Assembly (NCBI RefSeq): GCF_050613355.1
Contig: NZ_CP159618.1
Coordinates: 3,033,671 to 3,065,670 of the forward strand
Direction of reading: 5' to 3'
DNA: 32,000 nt
From: Plantibacter sp. RU18
Lineage (GTDB): Bacteria > Actinomycetota > Actinomycetes > Actinomycetales > Microbacteriaceae
The position numbers were made by a program, and so were the translations under genes. How positions within the stretch are numbered: position 1 is the stretch's first letter; the number at the start of each line of letters is the position of its first letter. This document shows positions 17,203 to 25,915 of the stretch, in pieces. Below the pieces are notes generated by a model that saw only the letters and a program-made list of their open reading frames with translations, was not told where the DNA came from and searched no databases.

Positions 17203-17427
17203 ATGGCCAAAGGAGATGTGTCCACGTACAACGAGGACGGCACATGGAAGTCGAAGGTCGAGGGCAACCAGCGCGCGAGTAGCGCCGGCGGCACGAAGGC
17301 CGAGCAGCAGGCACAGGGCCGACAGATGGCGCAAGATCGCGGCGTCGAGCACACCATCCGGAAGCTGAACGGTCAGATCGGCGAGAAGAACTCCTACGGG
17401 AACGACGACAGCCCGCCGAAGGGCTAG
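17203..17427 (+). CDS. DUF2188 domain protein
   Basis: 74 aa, MAKGDVSTYNEDGTWKSKVEGNQRASS...KAEQQAQGRQMAQDRGVEHTIRKLNGQIGEKNSYGNDDSPPKG, the typical DUF2188 layout. AGGA lies about 12 nt upstream. Confidence 0.7.
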   Translation: MAKGDVSTYNEDGTWKSKVEGNQRASSAGGTKAEQQAQGRQMAQDRGVEHTIRKLNGQIGEKNSYGNDDSPPKG

Positions 17428-17433
17428 GCGTTT

Positions 17434-17465
17434 GTGTCGGTCGGCTCGCCCTGGTCGACCGACAC
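17434..17465 (+). terminator. Hairpin downstream of the DUF2188 gene
   Basis: Perfect 10-bp stem GTGTCGGTCG / CGACCGACAC with a 12-nt loop. There is no clear U-tract. Confidence 0.35.
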
Positions 17466-17534
17466 TATCCCTCGAACGACGAACATCCCGCCCGGGCCGC
17501 CGCAGCGGACACCGGACGGGGCGTCGAGCTGGGC

Positions 17535-18060
17535 CTAGAAGCTGCGGGAGAGCTCAGCCCACGTCGTCGCGGACAGGGCCTTGAACTTCATGAAGCCGTT
17601 CGACGGCGGCGTCGCGTTCACGGCGCCCTTCAAGATGAACGAGCCAGAGTGCACGAGTGTCGCGTTCGTGTTGCCGAACCGAATCGTGACCTCCCGGCCG
17701 ACCCAACCGCCAGTGAAGCCGGTCACGTTCGTCGCGGCCGCCATCGCCAGGACGAACTGGTCAGTGGCGAACCGGTCGACCCAGCCGAGGTTGGGTGTGG
17801 CACCTGCGGTGACAAGGAACTCGTCGCCGCTGGAACGGGTGACCGACTGCTGCGAAGACGCGTTCATGTACAGGTTCACCGGCCCACGAATCACGTTCGG
17901 GCCGATGATGTTGCGCGCCCCGGTACAGATGAACAGGTACCCGATCGTGACTACTCGAGCGGGGTCGATGGGCGAGATGACGTTCCCGGCGACCTGACAC
18001 TCCTCGTCCAGCGTGAACAGCTGCCGGATGCCGCCCTTCGCGCCCGTGTTGATCGTGGCT
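17535..18060 (-). pseudogene. 5'-truncated beta-rich protein gene (larger paralog of 16748..17146)
   Basis: The track ORF starts at GTG 17894. My hand translation shows the frame stays open to 18164 and is protein-like up to about 18060 (TPATINTGAKGGIRQLFTLDEECQVAGNVISPIDPARVVTIGYLFICTGARNIIGPN...), with no ATG/GTG/TTG in that stretch. It abuts the integrase remnant head-to-head. Confidence 0.5.
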
Positions 18061-18063
18061 GGC

Positions 18064-18802
18064 GTGCTCGCCGGGATCCTCGACGACGCAGTGACCGACC
18101 GAAAACTCCCGCGGAACCCGGCGCGCGGCGTCTCGCTCCCCCGGAAGACGAAGAAGCGCCGCGTTTACCTGACGCACACGCAGGTGCAGATCCTGGCCGA
18201 TAGCGCCGGCGACCGCAGATCGTTGGTCTACACGCTCGCGTACACGGGCCTACGATGGGGCGAAGCGACCGGACTTCCGGTCCGCGACGTCGACGCGCTG
18301 AGGCGGCGGCTGGCGGTCAACGAGAACGCCGTGAACGTCGGCGGCCGCATCGTCGTGGGCAGCCCGAAGACGCACGAAGTGCGGTCGGTCCCGTTCCCGG
18401 AGTTCCTGGCCGAGCAGCTCGCCGCCGAGTGCACGGGCAAGCGCCCGGAACAGCTCGTCTTCGGCGACGGCGATCGCCACCTCCGCTCCCCCGACAGCCG
18501 GGACGGGTGGTTCGTCAACGCGATCGCTCGAGCGAAGCTCACCGACGCCGCGTTCCCCCACGCTCACGATCCACGACCTCAGGCACACCGCGGCGAGCCT
18601 CGCGATCAGCGCCGGCGCGAACGTGAAGGCCGTGCAGCGGATGCTCGGTCACGCCTCGGCCGCGATGACTCTCGCCACCTACGCGGACCTGTTCGATGAC
18701 GACCTCGACGCCGTTGCGGACGCCCTGAATCAGGCGAAGGCGGAGACGGTTGTTGTCGAACCGTTGTCACGGAGACCGGTTCGGACGCTCAAATCCGCGT
18801 AA
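18064..18802 (+). pseudogene. int: Tyrosine recombinase/integrase remnant: N-terminal ~100+ aa missing, +1 frameshift at a C5 run (18555-18559)
   Basis: Frame 1 reads RNPARGVSLPRK...YLTHTQV...YTGLRWGEATGL...VGSPKTHEVRSVPF. Frame 2, from 18563, reads LTIHDLRHTAASLAISAGANVKAVQRMLGHASAAMTLATYADLFDDDL and stops at 18800-18802. All catalytic R..HxxR..H..Y elements are present, but across two frames. Confidence 0.85.
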
Positions 18803-18819
18803 TTTCAAGGCATTTCCGG

Positions 18820-18843
18820 GTACCCCCGGTGGGGTTCGAACCC
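18820..18843 (-). repeat. att-type direct repeat (3' end of the intact tRNA)
   Basis: Identical 24-mer to 13598-13621. Confidence 0.85.
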
Positions 18844-18894
18844 ACACTGCGGCGATTTTAAGTCGCCTGCCTCTGCCAATTGGGCTACGGGGGC
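18821..18894 (-). tRNA. tRNA with anticodon UAA (Leu) and a Leu-type D-arm, but only a 5-nt variable loop
   Basis: Hand fold of the minus strand: GCCCCCG-TA-GCC-CAATTGGCAGA-GGC-A-GGCGA-CTTAAAA-TCGCC-GCAGT-GTGGG-TTCGAAC-CCCAC-CGGGGGT-A. All four stems pair (G1-U72 wobble). A73 is present. CCA is not encoded. Confidence 0.7.
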
Positions 18895-18940
18895 GTGCAC
18901 TTCATCGTATCGACGGGCGGGCGCATCGTCGGATACGACA

Positions 18941-18970
18941 AGAGGCGCATGCCCTGGGACATGCGCCTCT
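18941..18970 (-). terminator. Hairpin downstream of ndh
   Basis: Perfect 11-bp stem AGAGGCGCATG / CATGCGCCTCT with an 8-nt loop, about 30 nt after the ndh stop. On the minus strand it is followed by TGTCGTAT. Confidence 0.55.
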
Positions 18971-19001
18971 CGATGCTCGGAGCGATGAGCTCCGAACAGG
19001 A

Positions 19002-20498
19002 CTACTTGGTGCTGACGGCTTCCTCAGCCGGAGTGGCGTACGCCTGCTCAGGCTCGGCACCAGACGGAGCATCTGCCACGGCCGCCTTCGGCTTGCGCTT
19101 GACGGGAGCCTTGCGAGCGGGCTTCTCGGCAGCTGCAGGAGCCGCAGGAGCGGCGGCAGGAGCCGCAGCCTCAGCCGGGGGCTTCGGACGCGACGCGTAC
19201 GTCTCGAAGGCCTCACGCGGCGTCTGGGTGGCCGAGAGCGACACGATGTCGCGGCCGAGCCAGAAGTTGTTCCACCAGCCACCGAAGACGCGGAACTTGC
19301 GCTCGAAGCTCGGCATGGCCAGACCGTGGTAGCCACGGTGGGCGACCCAGGCTGGGAGGCCCTTGATCGCGATGTTGCCGGACTGGAACACACCGACGCC
19401 GATGCCGAGACCTGCGACGGCGCCGGCGTTCTTGTGGAAGTAGTTCTTCGGCGTCTCGCCACGGAGGACCGCGGTGATGTTCTTCGCGAGCAGCTTGCCC
19501 TGGCGGACGGCGTGCTGAGCGTTCGGAACGCAGAAGCCGCCGACGCCACCACCGGTGAGGTCGGGGACCGCGGACACGTCGCCGGCCGCCCAAGCGCCCT
19601 CGACGATCTCGTCCTCGGTGCCGACGCGGAGGTCTGCACGGGTCTTGATGCGACCGCGCTCCTCGACCGGGAGGTCGCCGCCACGGACGACGCCCGGGTT
19701 GGCCATGACACCAGCGGTCCAGACGATGAGGTCGGACTCGAAGGACTCACCGGTGGAGAGCTCGATCTTGCCGTCGACGGCCGACTGCAGCTGGGTGTCG
19801 AGGTGCACGAGCGCGCCACGCTCGGCGAGGTTCTTGAGGACCCAATGGCTCGTCTCGATCTTGACCTCGGGCATGATGCGACCCATGGCCTCGATGAGGT
19901 GGAAGTGCGTGTCCTCGAAGGCCAGCTGCGGGTAGAACTTCAGCAGCGAGCTCGCGAAGGAGCGGAGCTCCGCGAAGATCTCGATACCTGCGAAGCCGCC
20001 ACCGACAACGGTGAAGGTGAGGAGGCGGTCGCGCTCGGGACCTGCCGGCAGGTTCGCGGCCTTGTCGAAGTTGGAGAGCACGCGGTCGCGGATGGCGACG
20101 GCTTCCTCGATGGTCTTCAGGCCGATCGCGTTGTCGGCGACACCCGGGATCGGGAAGGTGCGCGAGACGGCGCCGGCGGTGACGACGATGATGTCGTAGT
20201 CGACCTCCCAGGGCTCACCGACCTCTGGCGTCAGCGTGGCCTTCTTCTCGGCGTGGTTGATGCCGGTGACCTTCGCCGTGACGACGTTGGTGGACTTCAG
20301 GTGACGACGCGGCGCGACGACTGCGTGACGCGGCTCGATGGAACCGGCAGCGACCTCGGGGAGGAACGGCTGGTAGGTCATGTACGGCAGCGGGTCGACC
20401 ATGGTGACTTCGGCCTCACCGCGACGAAGCTGCTTCTCAAGCTTCCAGGCGGTGTAGAACCCGGCGTAACCACCACCGACGATCAGAATTTTGGGCAC
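19002..20498 (-). CDS. ndh: Type II NADH:quinone oxidoreductase (NDH-2)
   Basis: MPKILIVGGGYAGFY (first dinucleotide fold) and TVVGGGFAGIE (second). Length and order are typical of Ndh. There is an extra A/P/K-rich C-terminal tail of about 65 aa. Confidence 0.9.
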   Translation of the reverse strand: MPKILIVGGGYAGFYTAWKLEKQLRRGEAEVTMVDPLPYMTYQPFLPEVAAGSIEPRHAVVAPRRHLKSTNVVTAKVTGINHAEKKATLTPEVGEPWEVDYDIIVVTAGAVSRTFPIPGVADNAIGLKTIEEAVAIRDRVLSNFDKAANLPAGPERDRLLTFTVVGGGFAGIEIFAELRSFASSLLKFYPQLAFEDTHFHLIEAMGRIMPEVKIETSHWVLKNLAERGALVHLDTQLQSAVDGKIELSTGESFESDLIVWTAGVMANPGVVRGGDLPVEERGRIKTRADLRVGTEDEIVEGAWAAGDVSAVPDLTGGGVGGFCVPNAQHAVRQGKLLAKNITAVLRGETPKNYFHKNAGAVAGLGIGVGVFQSGNIAIKGLPAWVAHRGYHGLAMPSFERKFRVFGGWWNNFWLGRDIVSLSATQTPREAFETYASRPKPPAEAAAPAAAPAAPAAAEKPARKAPVKRKPKAAVADAPSGAEPEQAYATPAEEAVSTK

Positions 20499-20564
20499 GG
20501 CGAACGATCTCCTACGTCAAGACGATTGGTTCAGATGAGCATCTGAGAATATCGGAACAGAGTA

Positions 20565-21938
20565 CTACCTCCGCAGCACCCGCTTGAAATGCCTGGTAGC
20601 GCCAATGACACCGAGCCAAACCAGGGTACCAGTTCCGAGCAGGAGCGCGAGCGGCAATGAGCCGTAGAGCAGGGTGTCCGGCGTCGGGAGGAAGGGGTTG
20701 GCGCGGACCTCGACCGCCTCACCCTGCGGGATCGCCGGCGGGAGGGGGTCCTGTGTCGGCGGCGGTTGTACCGAGCCCTGATCCGGATCGGGGGCCTGCT
20801 CCGCTCGCCGGTACAGCGTGATCCAGTCCGACAGCTGCTCCTGCGGCGTCGTGGCCGCGGGACCGACGGATGCCGTGACCGCATCCGCCGCGTCGATGAG
20901 CCCGGCACCGTAGATCGGGCTCTGCGCCGAGTCGCCGACCTGCTTCGCCGTCGCTGTCACCCGCTCGATCGCATCGGCCGCACTGAGCTCGGGCCAGGCG
21001 GATCGGACGAGGGCGACGAGGCCGGAGACGATCGGCGCCGCTCCGCTCGTCCCGGCCCACTGGACGTACGAACCGGCCGGAGTCACGCCGACGAGCTGCT
21101 CACTCGGCGCGGCGACGGCGATCGTGATGCCCTGGCTCGACGCGTCGAAGCTCGCTGAGCCCGAGCGATCGACACCAGCGACAGTCAGGACGCCGGGGAT
21201 CGTCGCCGGCGCACCGACCTCCACCGTCCCGCTTGCCCGGTTACCAGCGGCCGCCACGACGACGACATCGTGCTCGAAGGCGTACAGGAACGCGTCGTCC
21301 CAGCTCTCCGGCCAGTCGAGGCTGTTCCGCGTGAGTGACATGTTGATGACGTCCGCGCCGTTGTCGACGGCCCAGCGCACCGCAGTGGCGATCTGGTCGT
21401 CCCAGGGCACGATGGCGGAGCCGTCTGAACCGAATCCGACCGAGACGGAGAGCAGACGTGCCTCAGGAGCGACCCCGATGACTCCGGCACCCCCCGCTCG
21501 TCCGCGCCCGGCGATCATGGAGGCGACGAGCGTCCCGTGCTCGCTGCCCTCCGCGCCGACGGGCTTCCGTCCGTCGGAACTGCCGAGCCCGGACACGTCG
21601 ATGCCGCCCGCCACAGCGCCGTTCAACTCCGGTGGGCCGTCGGCGATCCCCGTGTCGATCACCGCGACCGTGACGCCGGCGCCCTTCGTCGTCTCCCATG
21701 CTGTCGTGAACCCGTAGTCGCCCAACCAGTACTGCATGTCCCGGACGGTGTCCGCGTGCGCCGGCAACGCCTGGGCACCGACCAGCAGGACCGCGAGCAG
21801 CCCACCGAACAGCGCAGGCACGCCTCGTCGGCGCCCGGACCGACGATCGCCCGGACGACCTCCCGCTGCTGCACTCCCCCGCGTGCGACCCCCGTCGCGT
21901 GCGGGGGCTATCCCTGACCCACCTGGCCGTCGGCGCAT
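20565..21938 (-). CDS. S8 (subtilisin-family) serine peptidase with mycosin-like architecture
   Basis: Triad contexts VAVIDTGI (Asp), SEHGTLVASMIAG (His), GTSGAAPIVSGLVAL (Ser). R-rich signal region, a Pro-rich segment, then a C-terminal TM anchor LPLALLLGTGTLVWLGVIGA + RHFKR. The ATG 21938 start overlaps the DUF501 gene end by about 30 nt; the start is uncertain. Confidence 0.8.
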   Translation of the reverse strand: MRRRPGGSGIAPARDGGRTRGSAAAGGRPGDRRSGRRRGVPALFGGLLAVLLVGAQALPAHADTVRDMQYWLGDYGFTTAWETTKGAGVTVAVIDTGIADGPPELNGAVAGGIDVSGLGSSDGRKPVGAEGSEHGTLVASMIAGRGRAGGAGVIGVAPEARLLSVSVGFGSDGSAIVPWDDQIATAVRWAVDNGADVINMSLTRNSLDWPESWDDAFLYAFEHDVVVVAAAGNRASGTVEVGAPATIPGVLTVAGVDRSGSASFDASSQGITIAVAAPSEQLVGVTPAGSYVQWAGTSGAAPIVSGLVALVRSAWPELSAADAIERVTATAKQVGDSAQSPIYGAGLIDAADAVTASVGPAATTPQEQLSDWITLYRRAEQAPDPDQGSVQPPPTQDPLPPAIPQGEAVEVRANPFLPTPDTLLYGSLPLALLLGTGTLVWLGVIGATRHFKRVLRR

Positions 21939-22429
21939 GCGCAGACCTCCGGACTCCAGCTCGCGCGCTCGAGCGCGAGGTCGCCAATCGGGTTCACACC
22001 TGGACCAGCGGCGAGCGCGTGGCCGGCGAGGGCGTGGAGACATTTGACGCGGACGGGCATACCGCCGGCGGAGATGCCATCGATCTCGGAGACCTCGCCG
22101 ATCGACGTGCGGTCGGCGAGGTAGACGGTGTGCGCCGCGGCGTATGCCTCGCGGATGTCGTCGTCCTCGGCGAGCAGTGCGCTGAACTCGGCCATGACCT
22201 GCGTCGCCTCGAGGGACGACATCGCGGCCGTCGCTGCGGGGTGCGTGAGGTAGTAGAAGGTGGGGAACGGCGTACCGTCGGCCAGGCGGGGTGCGGTCGA
22301 CACGACCGTCGGGGCGCCACAGACGCAGCGCGCCGCGATTCCGACGACGTCGCGAGCCGGACGCCCGAGCTGCGCCGACACGATCTCGACGTCGCGCTCG
22401 GAGACGGGGCCGAAGGGTGGGGTGGTCAT
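21908..22429 (-). CDS. DUF501 domain protein
   Basis: 173 aa. FPTFYYLTHP and SSLEATQVM motifs. It sits in the conserved actinobacterial position downstream of eno and the FtsB-like gene. Confidence 0.8.
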   Translation of the reverse strand: MTTPPFGPVSERDVEIVSAQLGRPARDVVGIAARCVCGAPTVVSTAPRLADGTPFPTFYYLTHPAATAAMSSLEATQVMAEFSALLAEDDDIREAYAAAHTVYLADRTSIGEVSEIDGISAGGMPVRVKCLHALAGHALAAGPGVNPIGDLALERASWSPEVCACADGQVGQG

Positions 22430-22467
22430 GGTTCCATTATCGCCGGGAACACGGACACCGCTCGACG

Positions 22468-23319
22468 TCAGCCCTCGGCCGGGACCGGAGCCTCGGTCGG
22501 CGGCGGAGTCTGTGCGGGGTCAGGCGGATCGGTCGCGACCGGTGCTGGCGAGTAGCCGGTGGCGACGAGCGAGGAGAGCAGGCCGTCGAGCCAGTCGGAC
22601 TGCGAATCGACGAGCGTGTCGCTCACGGGAGTGCCGGAGACAGGGAGGGAGGCCGGGTCGATGTCGTTGATGATGATGTAGCTGACCTCGCCTGGGAGCG
22701 CGTAGAACAGGCGGTCGCGCGCCTGCGTCATGACGTAGCTCTGGTCGTTCCAGCGCTCCCGCTCGATGGTCTGCGCATCGACCTTCGCCTGGGTGTCGGC
22801 GACACCGGCTTCGAGGGCTGCGATCTGCTGTCGCTGCTCGAGGAACGTCTTGAGGTTCGGCGCGAGCACCACGACCCCGAGCACGAGGATACCGAGCAGC
22901 AGGACGCTGAACCCGGAGAGGCGGAGGCTCCGCAGCCATCCGGCGGCGCCGGCATCGGTCCGGATCGAAGCGGTCCGGGTCGAACCGGTCCGGGTCGAAC
23001 CGGTGCGGGGTGAACCGGTTCGGGTCGAACTCGTGCGCGTCGAACCGGTGCGTGTGCTCGCCGGCGCGCCACTCGAGGCGCTGCCAGATCCGGCGGACGA
23101 ACGCGCGGGCGCGGACCCGCCCTTCGCTCCAGTGGCGTCAGCACGCTTCGACGTCGTCGGGGATGCACCGGACGTCCGATCCTTCGCCTTCGACGACGTC
23201 GTGCGCACGCTCTCCGGCTTCGGGGTGGCGGGCCGCTTCGTACCGGTCGCGGACGCTCCGTCGGCTCCCGCCGGCGTCCGCTTCGGTTCGCCCGCAGCCG
23301 GCATCGTTGGCTTCTTCAC
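22468..23319 (-). CDS. Septum formation initiator family protein (FtsB/DivIC-like) with a long disordered S/T/R/G-rich N-terminus
   Basis: TM helix FSVLLLGILVLGVVVLA followed by the coiled-coil FLEQRQQIAALEAGVADTQAKV and WNDQSYVMTQARDRLFY. GTG 23319 has GGGAGG 5 nt upstream. The track start at 23367 lies inside the eno terminator hairpin. Confidence 0.8.
   Translation of the reverse strand: MKKPTMPAAGEPKRTPAGADGASATGTKRPATPKPESVRTTSSKAKDRTSGASPTTSKRADATGAKGGSAPARSSAGSGSASSGAPASTRTGSTRTSSTRTGSPRTGSTRTGSTRTASIRTDAGAAGWLRSLRLSGFSVLLLGILVLGVVVLAPNLKTFLEQRQQIAALEAGVADTQAKVDAQTIERERWNDQSYVMTQARDRLFYALPGEVSYIIINDIDPASLPVSGTPVSDTLVDSQSDWLDGLLSSLVATGYSPAPVATDPPDPAQTPPPTEAPVPAEG
22956..23060 (-). repeat. 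About 7 x 15-bp imperfect tandem repeat inside the CDS (encodes a G/S-T-R-T-type pentapeptide array)
   Basis: Units cggtccgggtcgaac (two identical copies at 22971-23000) plus diverged neighbours. The translation reads STRTGSTRTSSTRTGSPRTGSTRTGSTRTASIRT. Confidence 0.75.
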
Positions 23320-23340
23320 AGGCGCCTCCCGCACGCGACA

Positions 23341-23380
23341 AAGGCTCTCAGGGGTGCCGATCGGCACCCCTGAGAGCCTT
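23341..23380 (-). terminator. eno intrinsic terminator (40-nt perfect palindrome)
   Basis: AAGGCTCTCAGGGGTGCCGA / TCGGCACCCCTGAGAGCCTT, 14 nt after the eno stop. On the minus strand the stem runs into CCTTTGTCG. Confidence 0.75.
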
Positions 23381-23393
23381 CAGGTGACGATGC

Positions 23394-24776
<1,383 letters not shown>

Positions 24777-25775
24777 TCAGCGGTCGAGGCGGAAGCTCGA
24801 CACGATGCCGTGGTGGTCGCTGCCCTCGTCGCCGAGGACCGCGTTGTGCGTCGCGACCATGCCGCGCACGAAGACGTGGTCGAGGCGCATGAGCGGAGCG
24901 CCGGCCGGCCAGGTGAGCCCGAGCCCGCCCTCGCTCTGGTTCGGTTCGGTCAGCTCGGCCTGGAGTGCGGTGAGCGCACGGTCGGAACCCGAGGCGTTGA
25001 AGTCGCCCATGACCACCACGCGGTCGCGGGAGTTCGACGCCACCGTCTCCGCGAGCTCGCGCAGCATGACGTCGCGCTCGGCATGGGCGGCCGGTCGAGC
25101 GGAATCCGCGTGGATCACGTAGACGCTCACCGCACCGGACGGCGTGTCGACGACGGCGTTGATCGCGCGATACCAGTCGAGCCCCAGCTTCAAGCCGATG
25201 GAGTCGTCGATGGGATAGCGGCTCCACAGGCCGACGGTGCCCGTGAGGACCGAATAGGGGTAGTCGGCGTCGAGGACCGCGGCGAGGGGCTCACGGTCGT
25301 GGCCTTCGATCTCCTGGAGCGCGATGAGGTCGGCGCCGCTCGCGGCAAGGGAGCCGGCGATGACCGTCGGATCGCCGGCAGGGCCGAGGTTCTGGCTGGC
25401 CACGGTGAGCGAGGCGTCGGACGGGACCTGGGCCCGGGAGTCTCCGAGCGGCACGATACCCGGCCCGAAGATGAAGGCCCACACCAGACTCGGCGCGAGG
25501 AGCCCGATGAACGCGCCGGGCGTGCGCGCGACCAGCACGACGACGATGAGCACTGGGAGGAGGACCCACGTCCAGGGCAACGCGTTGTCCCACACCAGTC
25601 CGAGGCCGAGGATGTCGGGCACGAGGGAGTGCGCCGCGGTGAGGACGGCGAGCGGGATGCCGACGAGGAGCGCCAGCGACGTCGCCTTCCGACGCACGCG
25701 GCTGACACGGCGCCGACGGGCGCCCGAAGGTTCCGATGCGCGAGGAGCGCGCGCGGCAGGAGCCGTGAGGGTCAT
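24777..25775 (-). CDS. Endonuclease/exonuclease/phosphatase (EEP) family protein with N-terminal TM helices
   Basis: LTVASQNL, DLIALQEI, GDFN and SDHHGIV motifs are typical of the EEP fold, preceded by 3 hydrophobic helices. The start is ATG 25775 or ATG 25847. Confidence 0.8.
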   Translation of the reverse strand: MTLTAPAARAPRASEPSGARRRRVSRVRRKATSLALLVGIPLAVLTAAHSLVPDILGLGLVWDNALPWTWVLLPVLIVVVLVARTPGAFIGLLAPSLVWAFIFGPGIVPLGDSRAQVPSDASLTVASQNLGPAGDPTVIAGSLAASGADLIALQEIEGHDREPLAAVLDADYPYSVLTGTVGLWSRYPIDDSIGLKLGLDWYRAINAVVDTPSGAVSVYVIHADSARPAAHAERDVMLRELAETVASNSRDRVVVMGDFNASGSDRALTALQAELTEPNQSEGGLGLTWPAGAPLMRLDHVFVRGMVATHNAVLGDEGSDHHGIVSSFRLDR

Positions 25776-25915
25776 CGAGGGTACCGGTTTCGATCGGGGG
25801 TGGACCCGGGCGGGCCGTTCGTGGGGTGGTCCGTCCGAATGCCCCATCCTCCCCCGACGAGCTGGGCAGGTGCTCGGAAGCGCGCCGCGGGTCGCGAACC
25901 GAAGACCGCGGGTCG

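Larger units (their letters stand above)
13598..18843. mobile_element. Degenerate tRNA-targeted integrative genomic island (about 5.2 kb)
   Basis: The 24-bp direct repeats are a tRNA 3' end. A tyrosine integrase remnant abuts the intact tRNA. Hand-counted 60-nt lines inside give about 52% G+C (16441-16500) against about 75% in core (9961-10020). Most cargo consists of small genes I could not assign. Confidence 0.8.

Noticed and set aside
18750-20546. 598-aa plus-strand ORF
   Set aside because: It is antisense to the well-supported ndh gene and runs through the tRNA. The translation is low-complexity R/G/D/L-rich with no motifs.
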